A DNA stretch of 56,247 nt, taken from positions 1-56,247 of the forward strand of contig NW_021833675.1 of the NCBI RefSeq assembly GCF_006345805.1, read 5' to 3'. Under the pieces are notes generated by a model. That model did no database searches. It had not been told where the DNA came from and was given only the letters and a program-made list of their open reading frames with translations. The position numbers and the translations under genes are program-made. Origin of the DNA: Octopus sinensis (lineage: Eukaryota). Numbering within the stretch: position 1 is the first letter of the stretch; every line of letters starts with the position of its first letter. Of this stretch, positions 1 to 10,829 are shown in pieces.

Positions 1-150
1 GCTCAATAATCAAGAAAACAATCGCGGAGGATTTAATATGTTCATATTTTATAATATTTGTAGCATTAAAGATTGTAAATGAAAATTCTGGGAAGGAGTT
101 GGTGAAGAAATTCCCATGTTATTTTTTGTTATTTATACCATTTTAAATAG

Positions 151-362
151 GTCTAATTGAGATATGCAGATTTAAAATGTTATTGAGGAAATTGTTTGAA
201 ATACAGCGCAAGAATGTACTTTCTATTTTCTTATTTGACAAAGTTTTCTTTTTTATAGAAATGTGAAAGGATTTTGGCAAAATGGTTGAAATTGATGACG
301 ATACGCAAAAACTGGATTATTATAATGTAGAAAATGATTCTACTATTTACCTCAGATATTAA
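151..362 (+). CDS. 3' exons of a tubulin-specific chaperone E (TBCE)-like gene (C-terminal ubiquitin-like domain); gene starts upstream of the window
   Basis: Spliced reading RFKMLLRKLFEIQRKNVLSIFLFDK|DFGKMVEIDDDTQKLDYYNVENDSTIYLRY* (TAA 360-362) resembles the TBCE C-terminus ([26 protein letters not shown]). It needs a ~27-nt GT..AG intron. Confidence 0.45.
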
Positions 363-564
363 TTCATTTTTTAGTAACAATTTTTTAATTAATTTTATAA
401 ACTTTTTTAAAATCATTATTACAGTTCTTAAAGTCATGAAAAAGTGTTGATACTGCACAAGGTTAATTTTAATTAACTATTATTTCTCTACTGTGTTTTC
501 TTAATTTTAAATTCTTTAAGCATGTTGCAACATTTTTTGATATAAGAACTATTCTAGGACATGG

Positions 565-930
565 TTAGTTAATAAGGACACGGTGAGTTAGTAGCGCCGA
601 ACTGCCCGACATGCAGGAAGCTGGCGACTATTAAGCGACGCAAAGACTGGGCCGGTCGCTCCCAGAGATCCCGAAGCGCTGCGCGTGGTAGCGAAATTTC
701 CTGTGGTCTAGGACAGGAGAACAAGTGGTGGACGGAGATTGAGTAAAGGTTACATAAGTGGAGATGTCTGGATGTTGCTATTCACGTAGCAACAAAAAGA
801 CCTACAATCTTTTACCCATTAGTGAATTGATCATCTGATTCGCTCTTGGCGGCTATTGAGTAGACACAAAGCCGTCGCTCGCACCCGTTGCTTCTGTTCT
901 CTGATGACATTGAAACAAACAAGGACATTT
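565..930 (-). mobile_element. Degraded 3' end of an I/Nimb-type LINE
   Basis: GC-rich island. Minus strand reads HLFSCPRP...DLWERPAQ, like the C-terminal motif of the LINE fragment at 22406-22789 (HLFRCP...VLWENL). Confidence 0.45.
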
Positions 931-1079
931 TCTTTTATACAGTTTTTAGTTTAAAAATCATCTATAGATCTCTTATCGAAAACTCAAAATCTATCCAGTT
1001 TTAGTTTAAATCATATATAGATCTCAAGTTTAAAACGTAAAATAAAATTTAAAATTAATTATTCTTCGCTTATGTAAGC

Positions 1080-1200
1080 ATGTCTGCTCTCACAGGCAAC
1101 GCCCGCAAATCAAGATGGTTTATCGAGCGGATATCCCTTGCGATAGTACGCTTTAATTCTTTCTCGATCGCGTCGGCTTCCCGTCCATGAGGCTTAGTTT
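1080..1200 (+). mobile_element. 5'-truncated 3' tip of a CRE-like RLE retroelement
   Basis: Reads ALTGNARKSRWFIERISLAIVRFNSFSIASASRP*, matching the CRE C-terminal motif seen at 5460-5558 (SWLFQRISFAILRGNCLSI). Confidence 0.7.
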
Positions 1201-1261
1201 CGGATTACTTTTTTTATGTATATAATTGTTTGGAAAAAAAATTTCCCAATTGCCAAAAAAA

Positions 1262-2200
1262 TTATTTTGTCACTTTTTTGGTTCTTTTCATGTGAACTAT
1301 CTTGGTATCTCCATCTGAAAATTCTACAATAACGCGGTTATTAGGTAAGATTGATTTGATCGTGGCAGTATCACCATAAGCACTTTCAAATTTTTTCAAT
1401 AAGAGAGCCGGATTCGTTCCATAATCTTTATGGATCCTTATCTATACATAAAATTTATTTTAGATACCTTATCTTCAACTGAAAATGAATATTTTGACAC
1501 ATGAACTCCCATTTTTTAATTCATTTTTTGGAAATAGGGGCTATTCAAATTTGGGGGTTCAAAATTAAAATCAAAGTCTTATTGTTTTTTTATCACATTT
1601 CTCATTTCATCGAGATTCTCTGCATCCATGTCATCCGGAATTGCAGTATTAAACCCGTTAATTCCTCTGTATTTTATAAAAGGAGACTTCCCTAAGAATA
1701 AAAAATAAAATAGATACCAGTTGATGAATGTACAGTAAGGTTATAAAAATAGACAGCTTCACTTATGTGATTTGTCCATTTTTATATCTTTCACGCTTCA
1801 TCATTTTTAATAAGGATCTTGTTAAGGTTTGATTAAACCTTTCCACAATTCCTTGGCTTCTGGAGTTATTTGGCCTGCTGTGGACTTGTTTAATCTTGAA
1901 TCTTTTGCACAATTCATGAATATGTACATTTTAAAATTCAGTCCAATTGTCAGACACGCAGTGAGTAATATTGTGAATATTCTTGCAATGGAAAGCCATT
2001 TCCTCTTCATTATCCAAAGTAATTACAAGCCTCGGACTTTTATCTTTCCTTTAAAGATACAGCTTTCCAGAAATCACACAAAAATTTTCAGCTTTTTTGC
2101 TGAGTTGATATCTCTGTTGTTTTTATTTAACGGCAATAGGTACACCATTCAAAATGTCCACAATATAATTATATTCAAAAAAAAAATTATATTCATCAAT
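1262..2200 (-). pseudogene. Intron-containing Ginger/Gypsy-type DDE integrase pseudogene (internally deleted)
   Basis: Reads VSDNWTEF*NVHIHELCKRFKIKQVHSRPNNSRSQGIVERFNQTLTRSL (second D and E of DDE), then WTNHISEAVYFYNLTVHSSTG|KSPF and a C-terminal FSVEDK|IRIHK...VIVEFSDGDTKIVHMKRTKKVTK*. Two GT..AG micro-introns (~25 and ~27 nt) restore the frame. Confidence 0.75.
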
Positions 2201-2671
2201 ATTCTTATCAAACAAACGAGGCATTAAACAGCATGCTTAATTTATTGTTTTTTAATGATAATGGTTAACCATTGAAAAATAAAAATCCATAATATTATTA
2301 ATTTTTAAATTAATAAGTAAATATATTTGTCATCTAAATATTTTTAATTAAAATTTTAAAAATTTAAAGCTATGGTAACGCATGGGGCATGTGACATAAT
2401 GTATTGTTTTTAGAAAATTTAATGTTACTGACTTGTTAAATATACATCATATTTATAATAGATTTATGACAATTAAAACTTTGTCAACTCTATTATGATA
2501 CCAATTTTAAAGTGATTTCTATGACAACAGACGATTTTTTTTTGCACGTTGTTGTTGTGGTGGTGCACTTTTTCTTTTCATTTGTTCTTTTGTAATTTGG
2601 TATTCAATAATTCATTGTTGTAATTGTCATCTATCTAATAATTATTCTCTGTTTATTCTTTTTCTGATCCT

Positions 2672-3010
2672 ATGTCTCCCTGCAGCAAGTGCGAACCTAC
2701 GTGCCCTCGGAAAAAGGGAAGTTATTGTTCTTCGTGCCAACTCTACTTCCACCTCTCCTGTGTCGGCTTATCGAAGATCAGCTTGGCAAGCATCGCAAAC
2801 TGGAAATGTTTTCGCTGCTCTTCTACTCCTCTGTACATCGAGGCCCCGACTCTTCCCAAAATACCTAAGGACCGGTCTTGTTCCAAAGCTCGCGAATTTC
2901 TCGTACTTTTGTCTCGTTTTCGGAAATCGAAGTCTATCCCATTCCTAAATCGGCCAGGATCCAAGTTGCTAACTCCTTGGCTCTGGCTATTGAGCGGGCT
3001 CTGGCCTTGA
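2672..3010 (+). CDS. N-terminal PHD-finger segment of the CRE-like polyprotein (frameshifted from the downstream RT)
   Basis: C4-x2-C7...C19-x2-C22-x4-H27-x2-C30...W44-x-C46-x2-C49 is a C4HC3 PHD pattern. Confidence 0.75.
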   Translation: MSPCSKCEPTCPRKKGSYCSSCQLYFHLSCVGLSKISLASIANWKCFRCSSTPLYIEAPTLPKIPKDRSCSKAREFLVLLSRFRKSKSIPFLNRPGSKLLTPWLWLLSGLWP

Positions 3011-3374
3011 ATTCTTGGAGCGATTGGCTCAAGTTTCTCTCATTTGTCCCTGTCTGTCTGGGCAGCCCTTTAAACGGCACTCTTCGTGGTGACCGCTTGT
3101 TCGTCTCGCAGCAAATTAAAACAAACTGCGAGTTTTTCAACAATTCAGAATTTGATATGAGCTATTTTTCCCTTGATGCTGCTGAAAGGATCCCTCGTCC
3201 AATTCGGAGCACTCAGGACATTTCTCGAATGGTTCGCAGCAAGCTTATCAAGGCGACGTTCGGAGTGCAGTACGTGTTATTTCCTCGAACACCACAATTG
3301 CCCCCCTTCTGACAAAATCCTCGACCAATTGCGCTCTAAACACCCAGGATGATCTATCTGAAATCCCAGATCTG

Positions 3375-5558
3375 GTGACTGATTCTATATATCCCGTCTC
3401 TTCGACGGAAGTAACTGCCGCCCTCAGCTCTTTCCCATTCAGTAGCAGTGGGGGTATCGATGACTCGAAACCGATTCATATAAAAGATCTGATTTCCCCT
3501 GTTACTGCAGAGGGTGGAAGACGCTTATTGTTGGCCATCACTTCCCTCTGCTCAAGAATCATCTCTGGTACGATCCCTCCTTTCGCTAGGGACGTACTCT
3601 TTTCCACAAATCTGACTGCTCTTAACAAAAGTGATGGTGGTGTACGGCCTATCGCTGTGGGCAACATCTTCAGACGCCTGGCTGCTAAAATTATTTGTCA
3701 ATCAGTGGTTCCGGAAGCAAGTGCTAAGCTTATGCCATTTCAACTGGGCGTGGGCGTGAAAGGAGCCTGCGAAGCAGCCGCCCATTGCATACGGCAGCTG
3801 TCTTCTGCAAAATGTACTGAAATCCCATTCCTCCTTAAAATTGATGTCAAAAACGCGTTCAACTCGATTCGGCGCGATCATATCCTTGAAACTGTCCGAT
3901 GTCGTTTCCCTGCCTTATACCCGATCGTCCATCTGTCTTACGCCTCCCCCAGCTGTCTCTTGTTTGCCGACAATGTTATTATGTCCGAAACTGGTATTCA
4001 ACAAGGCGACCCTCTTGGGCCCCTTTTATTCTCACTCGGTGTTGATCACATTGCCCGCCAATTGTCCTCCGAGGTAAACATTTGGTACCTCGATGATGTT
4101 ACTCTCGGCGGGGCTTTGGAGACCGTCAGGAATGATATAGAAAAAATTATTTCTGGTTTTGCCTCCTTTGGGCTCGCTTTGAATGGATCCAAATCCGAGC
4201 TGATATGCTTGTCTGCGAGCCCTTCGGAATTCAAACTTATTTTTTCCACCTTATCTCACCATATTGAAGGCCTGGGCATCACCCAGCTTGATGACCTCAT
4301 CATTCTGGGTTCCCCAATCAATAGCAAGGCTACTAAGAAGGCTTTATGTGACAGGCTCGAAGAATTGGAAACTCTAATCTCCCGCATTTCCAAACTTGAA
4401 TCCCATTTGGGCCTTTTCTTGCTCAAGAACTATCTCTTTATACCAAAGCTAACTTATCTCATGCGCTCATCGCCCTGCTTTCTCGAACAAGATCACTTGT
4501 CTTGTCTCGACAACATGGTCTCCAAAGCTCTTGAGCTTCTCGTAAATATCAAATTCAAACCTTCAGACATGCGACGGGTTAATTTACTTATTCGTTACGG
4601 GGGCATCGGCATTCGTTCTTGTGTTGATTTATCCCTCCCATGTTACCTTTCCTCGTTGTCTGCCTCTGCTAGTTCCTTCAACTCTGTTCTCTTCCCCTCC
4701 CCTGAACAGCCCGAGTTGTTGGAATATACGGCGGGTGTCAACATGTGGATTTCTCGTGGGCTTAAAATCCCGGACGCCCCCTCAGTTCAAAAGAACTGGG
4801 ATGATATACATTGCTCCCATGTACTCGAAGACATCCGCCTACGTGCTGACCAATTTCAGTTGGCAAGCATCAATTGTGCCTGTCAACCCCACTCGGGCGA
4901 TTGGCTTGACGCTTTGCCGATTTCCTCGGCTGGAATGTTGCTGGACGACGAATCTGTCCGCATCGGAATCTGTTTACGGCTTGGCATAGAGATTTGCCAG
5001 CCGCACCATTGCAGATGTGGACAACTCATTGACAGGAGAGGTTTACAGTCTCTCTCTTGTCGCCTCAGTGCCGGCAGGATCCCCAGGCACGCCTCATTGA
5101 ATGACGTTGTGAAGCGCACGCTTAACGCCGCTGGATTTCCCTCGATGTTGGAACCGATAGGACTAGACCGTGGAGATGGAAAACGCCCCGACGGGTCGAC
5201 ATTATTCCCGTTCAGGAAGGGAATGGCACTCGTGTGGGATGTTACCTGCGTAGACTCATTTTCTCCATCATCGCTGGTTGACTCCGCTTCTCGTCCTGGA
5301 TCTGCATCTGCCCTTGCCGAATCTAGGAAAACTGCAAAATATGCCTCTTTGACCGATTCCTGCTGCTTCATTCCCCTGGCTTTTGAGACCAGTGTGATAA
5401 TTGGACTTAAAGCCCTCAAACTCCTCTCAGAGATTGGTTCAATCATCTCGAGGAGGAGTCACGACAGTCGCGAAACGAGCTGGCTTTTTCAGCGGATATC
5501 GTTCGCGATATTACGTGGAAATTGCCTGTCCATCCGCTCGGCGACTCATCTAAATTAG
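3375..5558 (+). CDS. Reverse transcriptase + restriction-like endonuclease of the CRE-like element
   Basis: 727-aa ORF with GGVRPIAVG, KIDVKNAFNSI, QQGDPLGP, YLDD and RPDG...WDVT. Confidence 0.9.
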   Translation: MTDSIYPVSSTEVTAALSSFPFSSSGGIDDSKPIHIKDLISPVTAEGGRRLLLAITSLCSRIISGTIPPFARDVLFSTNLTALNKSDGGVRPIAVGNIFRRLAAKIICQSVVPEASAKLMPFQLGVGVKGACEAAAHCIRQLSSAKCTEIPFLLKIDVKNAFNSIRRDHILETVRCRFPALYPIVHLSYASPSCLLFADNVIMSETGIQQGDPLGPLLFSLGVDHIARQLSSEVNIWYLDDVTLGGALETVRNDIEKIISGFASFGLALNGSKSELICLSASPSEFKLIFSTLSHHIEGLGITQLDDLIILGSPINSKATKKALCDRLEELETLISRISKLESHLGLFLLKNYLFIPKLTYLMRSSPCFLEQDHLSCLDNMVSKALELLVNIKFKPSDMRRVNLLIRYGGIGIRSCVDLSLPCYLSSLSASASSFNSVLFPSPEQPELLEYTAGVNMWISRGLKIPDAPSVQKNWDDIHCSHVLEDIRLRADQFQLASINCACQPHSGDWLDALPISSAGMLLDDESVRIGICLRLGIEICQPHHCRCGQLIDRRGLQSLSCRLSAGRIPRHASLNDVVKRTLNAAGFPSMLEPIGLDRGDGKRPDGSTLFPFRKGMALVWDVTCVDSFSPSSLVDSASRPGSASALAESRKTAKYASLTDSCCFIPLAFETSVIIGLKALKLLSEIGSIISRRSHDSRETSWLFQRISFAILRGNCLSIRSATHLN

Positions 5559-6564
5559 TTAATTTCTCTTCTCTATTTTTCTTGTTTTTTAAAAAAAAAC
5601 AGACGAGCTCTTAGATCATGAGCAATGTAAAAAATATAACCTAAATTAATACAAATATTCGAGAGTTATTTATAAAATATCCATTAAAGAAATGTCGAAA
5701 TCATTTCTATAATCACAGGAACTAATTTATGACGGAAAAACGATTTTGAATCTCAAATAAATTTGACTGCAATAGCATCTACAGTTGTTTTAACCATTTT
5801 AACCAAAAAGTATATTGTGCTCGACAAATATTTTCTTGCACAAGAAATCCGATGGAATGTATAACGAAATAATTAGGACATTGTTCTATTTAACTTTCCC
5901 ATTAAGGAAGCACGGTATTACTGAATTAGTAGGAAGACGACTGAGGAATTGAGTGGAGTGACTGTAGTTTAGTTTGTTCGTACAAACAATCAAAATCAAT
6001 GTTATATCGATATCATTCATCAACAACAATAAAAATCATTGGAGAATTTAATACCTGGACATAGAAATAGGTTTAATATTAAAAACTAAAACTTTGAAAC
6101 TCCAAAAAAAATTTTTTTATTTCCAAAAGAGAGGAACCAGGAGTGTGGATTTTTAAAAAAATTAGTAGTTCTATACTTAAATGGGATGTAAGACTACCAA
6201 GAGCCAACAATAGCACAAAAAACAAATTCTCGTAAATTAGATATAGTCAATACGGCAGTGCGGTTTTGTGGTTTGTTAAACATATTTCACCTCGCAGAAA
6301 ATTTCCAATATATAGATCTGTTATTCAAATAAATTTAATCTTAAATATGGCGTCAATTATTTTATTATAATAATTCTATTTTAAGATATTTTGTTTATTC
6401 CTAATTGTTATTTTATCAATTAAGTTCAAATCGTCATATTTGCGCTTTTAAAGAAATTTTAAACTAGTTCTGAATCAGGTGTGTATTTTAATATATAATT
6501 AATTTGCCAAAATGAATCATTTATGATTCACATCAATACATAAAATTTATATAGATTGACCCAG

Positions 6565-9316
6565 ATGAATCAATATTTAAGTCCATTGATCTCACATAAA
6601 GAAAATCAGCAGCTCATATACTGTATGGGGAGAGGAAGAGAAGTATGTAACCTAATAATACGTGATTTAATATATAGATAATATATTCTACTATTGCTCA
6701 ACTATATAATGTAAACAACGATATACCTCGTTCATGGAGACACCAAGCAACAGGAGTAATTTGTTTAGTGAAAAATCATATTGGAAAATGTTTTGTTTTG
6801 GCATTTTATAATCTTAAATCAGTATTTTTGTCAAATTCATCTCTAAAGTGTGAACTAATTCTGAAACAAGATCTTTATTATAAAATGCCTTATTCTGAAC
6901 TGACACAGTTTCTTCATTCTTTTGAAACTAAAGTTTGACATATTTTTTATATTGATTTGACCTAATTTCTTGAATTTTGGTCAATATATATATGCTAAAA
7001 GATTACTTTGTTAGGACTCAGTTATCGGATTGAACTTTGCCTTTGAGCAAGACGCGAAAAAATTTATTAAAAACGTTCAAACCAAGCTCGAAATGATCCG
7101 CAATATACGAGGTAGGAATATTATTTTATTTCAATATTTCTATGATTCAATATTATACATTACACTATCATTTTATTTCATAATTTAATTTTTAGAAAAA
7201 GGATTTTACAATATCGACTCAACAAGTTCTCGTTTGTGTATTTCATTTACTTATTTTTAGCTGAATCTACCACGAGAAAAAGCAAATCTGTAATTGAAAA
7301 ATTTAGAAAAGGTTTAAATTGACATATTTAAAACATCAGATTTAAAAAATAAAAGTCGTAAAATTTCATTCTTTGGAAAAAAAGATACAAGTAATAATGT
7401 TTAAAAGAATTCTAGATGATTTTGATTATGGCAATTGTCTGATTTCTGAACCGAAGGATCCTCATGTTGTTTTACACTATGGAGAATCTGTAAGTCAAAT
7501 TGTAGCTTTATTTATTTTAAAGGGGATTGTACTTGATGAAAAAGCTAAAAATAAATTCAGTGAGATAGGATATACTGATGATCAACTAAAAGACCCAAAA
7601 ATCGTACAATCGCTCATTTCTTCTATTTCTAATTGTAAAGGAAACCTAAATGAAATAAAAAATACTGCTCCCAAAAAAACTAAAAAAAGTAATAAATAAT
7701 TTTTCTACTTCTTAGGTTCTAAATCAAAGAAAAAAGAAAGCCAGAATTTAGTTAATTTTGACGATATAGTAATCGGAGAACCACGTAATCCAATGTAATT
7801 TCAAATGGAATTTTTTATACTATTAGACACACAGGGGAAGCGGACTTGACATTAAAATATGGCATGAATTTTGGTATGTAAATATATGAAATCATTAATT
7901 TTAGATAATGGCTCAAAATATTGTTTTAATAAGATTGGCGATAATAACGTTAAAAGTAATGAATAATATATTATTTTTAGCTGAAATGTCTATTCCTGTC
8001 GATTTTGAATCGATTAATGACATGTCATCAAATACGCCATTAAATAAGAGTTCATTGTCAGGTATGAAGTCTGTTTGAAACATCAATTCAGATTCACAAT
8101 TTAATATTCATTCGAACATGCAACCAAATTTTATGCCTCCTCCGTTTGTTCCCGATAAATTTTTTAGATCTGAACAATTGGATATATCAAATAATTTATC
8201 ACAAAAACCCTTGCCATCGTCATCTCAAATAATCACAAATCCATTTATTGCTCGTTCAAAAGTCGAAAACATTGAAATTCCAAAACAAGTTTTTTCACAT
8301 GCTCCCAATACTTCTCTAAACCCGCCACTGCCAAACATTTTTACAGACCAATTCCCGAAATCAACTTTTTCACGACCCTCTATAGATAATCTTCCAAAAA
8401 AATCATTTTCACGACCTCCTCCAGATACACTTCCAAAATCTACATTTTCAGTTCCTCCTTCGAATGAACAGCCTAAACCACAAAGAAATATACCATCTTC
8501 AAAGTTGGATTTGTCCTCTGATGTAAAATCGCCAACTTCATCAATTCCCCGATTAAGTGGTTGTTTTGATGTTCCAAATTTTCTACCCCCATCAAATTTT
8601 TCGCCATTAAATCAAAAAATAAACAATGATTCTTCATCAAATTTCATTTCCTCTGATATTGAATCAAGGGGAGGAAATGTTAATAAAAATATGCCTTCTA
8701 AAATGAGCTCATATAAGCAAACTCATGGTTCAAATTTATCACCAGAGTCAATTATGTGGCCTACAAAAGCAACACCCTCTGATCAAAAAAGAAATGAAGT
8801 TACTAAAGCCGACCAAAAAAGAAAAATAGAGGTTTCATTGGTTATGATATTTTCAAGTTGGATTCAATTGAAGATAAAGTATCAGAAAAGATACATGTAC
8901 CAACACCTCCAACTGCCTTAAATATTCCATCAAAAAAAGATAATAATTTACCTGATAGAAGTATTTTTAACAACATAATTTTATAAAGGCAATCTTCTTT
9001 CTCAAATTCGAAGTGGTAGTCCAAAATTAAAAAACACGGAATTTACCCCAGCTAAAGAACACAAAGACAATGCCAAACCAGCCAGTAGTGTTTATTTTAG
9101 TTACATTTATTAGATTTACTGAGCGAAATAAGATCTGGGAAAACACTTCGTCATGTTTCTCCTGAAGATAAAAACCCAAAAAATGACATTAAACCCGTAC
9201 CAGGAATAATGCAGTCTGTTATTGATGTCCTTAATGAACGTAAAGCCGATTTATATTCCTCTGGTGACTTGTTTTGACTTTAATTTTTAGATACCAGTGA
9301 AGGGGAAGCTTGGTAA
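6565..9316 (+). CDS. WASp: WASP/N-WASP family actin nucleation-promoting factor (multi-exon)
   Basis: WH1 domain (WRHQATGVICLVK, IGLNFAFEQDAKKF), CRIB/GBD (ISEPKDPHVVLHYG...FSEIGYTDDQLKD), Pro-rich exon 8118-~8832, two WH2 motifs (SNLLSQIRSG, DLLSEIRSGKTLRHV), C helix GIMQSVIDVLNERK, terminal DTSEGEAW* (TAA 9314-9316). Start codon uncertain. Confidence 0.88.
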
Positions 9317-9429
9317 TTTTCTTGAAATTTTTTTTATAATCAAAGAAATAAAATGAACTGCTGATTAACTTAATTATTTTCTTGTTGACTTTGATTCTGA
9401 TTTTTAGCATCAATATTAGAGAATAATTT

Positions 9430-9960
9430 TTTATTCCCATAAGATAAAAAACAAAACATTAGACAAAAAAGGAAACCGCCTAGTTTGCCATGCTAGAGGC
9501 TGACGAGATTGAAAAAGAGTTAGAGCGTACTGTCGCGATGGATATCTGCATAAAAAACCATCTTGATTCGCGGCCGTCGCCTGTGGATGTAAAAATTCGA
9601 GATCCGATTTCCTGAACGAAGCTGATGGTCTTTCCTCCCAAGGAACCGGAAGTCTCAACTGTGAATGAAAGAAATTGATACTTCTTCACAAGTGAAAACT
9701 ACTTCCACATCTTTCTGCATTCAGCAGTTGTGTAAGAAATTATTCTTGAGCCAGAGGTGGATGCAGATATCAGCAGGTTCTGACGAGAGAATGAGTCCAC
9801 ACACGTGAAGTCCCAGGTAAGTGGCTTTCCTCTGTTGAATGGAAACACAATGATCCCGTCCAGTCTCTTCCCAACTCCCCGAGTCTCTTTCTAACTTGGC
9901 CGCAGTTTAGGAGAAATTCTCTTGAATCCGCCACATTACGGTCAGGAACCAAAAATGGCG
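9430..9960 (-). mobile_element. 5'-truncated, decayed CRE-like element
   Basis: Reads GKPLTWDFTCVDSFS...FTVETSGSLG...RESRWFFMQISIATVRSNSFSI. Tail-to-tail with WASP. Confidence 0.8.
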
Positions 9961-10049
9961 GGTTCGAGAATTTTGCGGATTTGAGAGGGTTTTTTTTAAT
10001 TGATTCTTAAATTATTTTCTTACAAACACATAAAAATTTTTTATTTAGA

Positions 10050-10720
10050 ACAATCAGTAATTTAGGTTTTTTGTTTAGATTTTCTTAGTTTTTGACCAAT
10101 ATTTTCCAACATGTTCAAAGTTTCAATGTCTGTTATATCCAGTTTAAAATAGTTTCTTAAAGTGTCCAATGCGCTAAAAGAATCTACAAAATCCACATTT
10201 TCATTTTTGCTGGTCTCAATTAAATTTTCATTAATAACCTAATCGCAAGAAACTGTTTGGAAATTTTCAGATGTATCATCTTGAGACATTTCAAGTAATT
10301 CGGCATTTTCAGTGTAGCCTTATTTAATAAATTCTTGCTTAGTCAATTTTTTTCTCACGTGGTTTGGGGAGAAGAATCGCCAAAGGAAGTGACGACCCAA
10401 GATAGTTCTTTTGGCTTTTTCAACGCCTGTCGATTCTGGAGATTCCTGGTGGGCTAAATCAGCAAATGATTTATTAAATACAATTATTGTCGATTCTGGA
10501 ATCTCCATTGCCGTAATTCGCGGCAACTGTTTTGCAATCCGTGAGGCTGGGAGGGCGTCTTAAACTGCGTAGTCTTAAACAAACTTTCTCCTTTTCTAAC
10601 TGGCTTAGTCAATTGGTTGTTAATTAGTAAATTTTGTTAAAAAATGGCAAATTCGAAAGAGTTTACAGTATGTAAAAATTACTAAACACAGTTATCACAA
10701 ATTGCGGATATATTGAATCG
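10050..10720 (-). mobile_element. Possible pogo/Tigger transposase C-terminal remnant, interrupted by a CRE fragment
   Basis: Acidic stretch followed by SFSALDTLRNYF...LNMLENIGQKL, resembling TIGD-type C-termini. Weak. Confidence 0.3.
10349..10602 (+). mobile_element. Short 5'-truncated CRE-like insertion with 12-bp TSD
   Basis: TSD GCTTAGTCAATT at 10337-10348 and 10603-10614. Reads GRRIAKGSDDPR*FFWLFQR / ISIAVIRGNCFAIREAGRAS* once a 74-bp insert (10427-10500) is removed. Confidence 0.8.
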
Positions 10721-10829
10721 ACAACAAAGTTTTTGTCTTTTTTATTTAATTTATGATTGTGTTTTGAAAATTTATTTGTTATATTTTATTTATTTTGATT
10801 TGAATCATTTAATTTATTATTCTCTCAGA

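Larger units (their letters stand above)
2535..5597 (+). mobile_element. Apparently full-length (~3.06 kb) CRE-like non-LTR retrotransposon (PHD finger-RT-RLE), frameshifted
   Basis: 9-bp TSD AACAGACGA at 2526-2534 and 5598-5606; A-tail at ~5591-5597. RT motifs QQGDPLGPLLF and YLDD, zinc knuckle CRCG..SLSC, RLE motifs RH..LND, EP, RPDG, WDVT. Confidence 0.9.

Noticed and set aside
1268-2396. TGTCAC...GTGACA as TIRs of the Ginger-like integrase
   Set aside because: The left TGTCAC lies inside the coding end (VTK*), and the flanking 5-mers (TATTT versus TAATG) do not match.
6240-6330. ITDLYIGNF on the minus strand resembling a dual-specificity phosphatase start
   Set aside because: No start codon and no HCxxGxxR motif could be built downstream.
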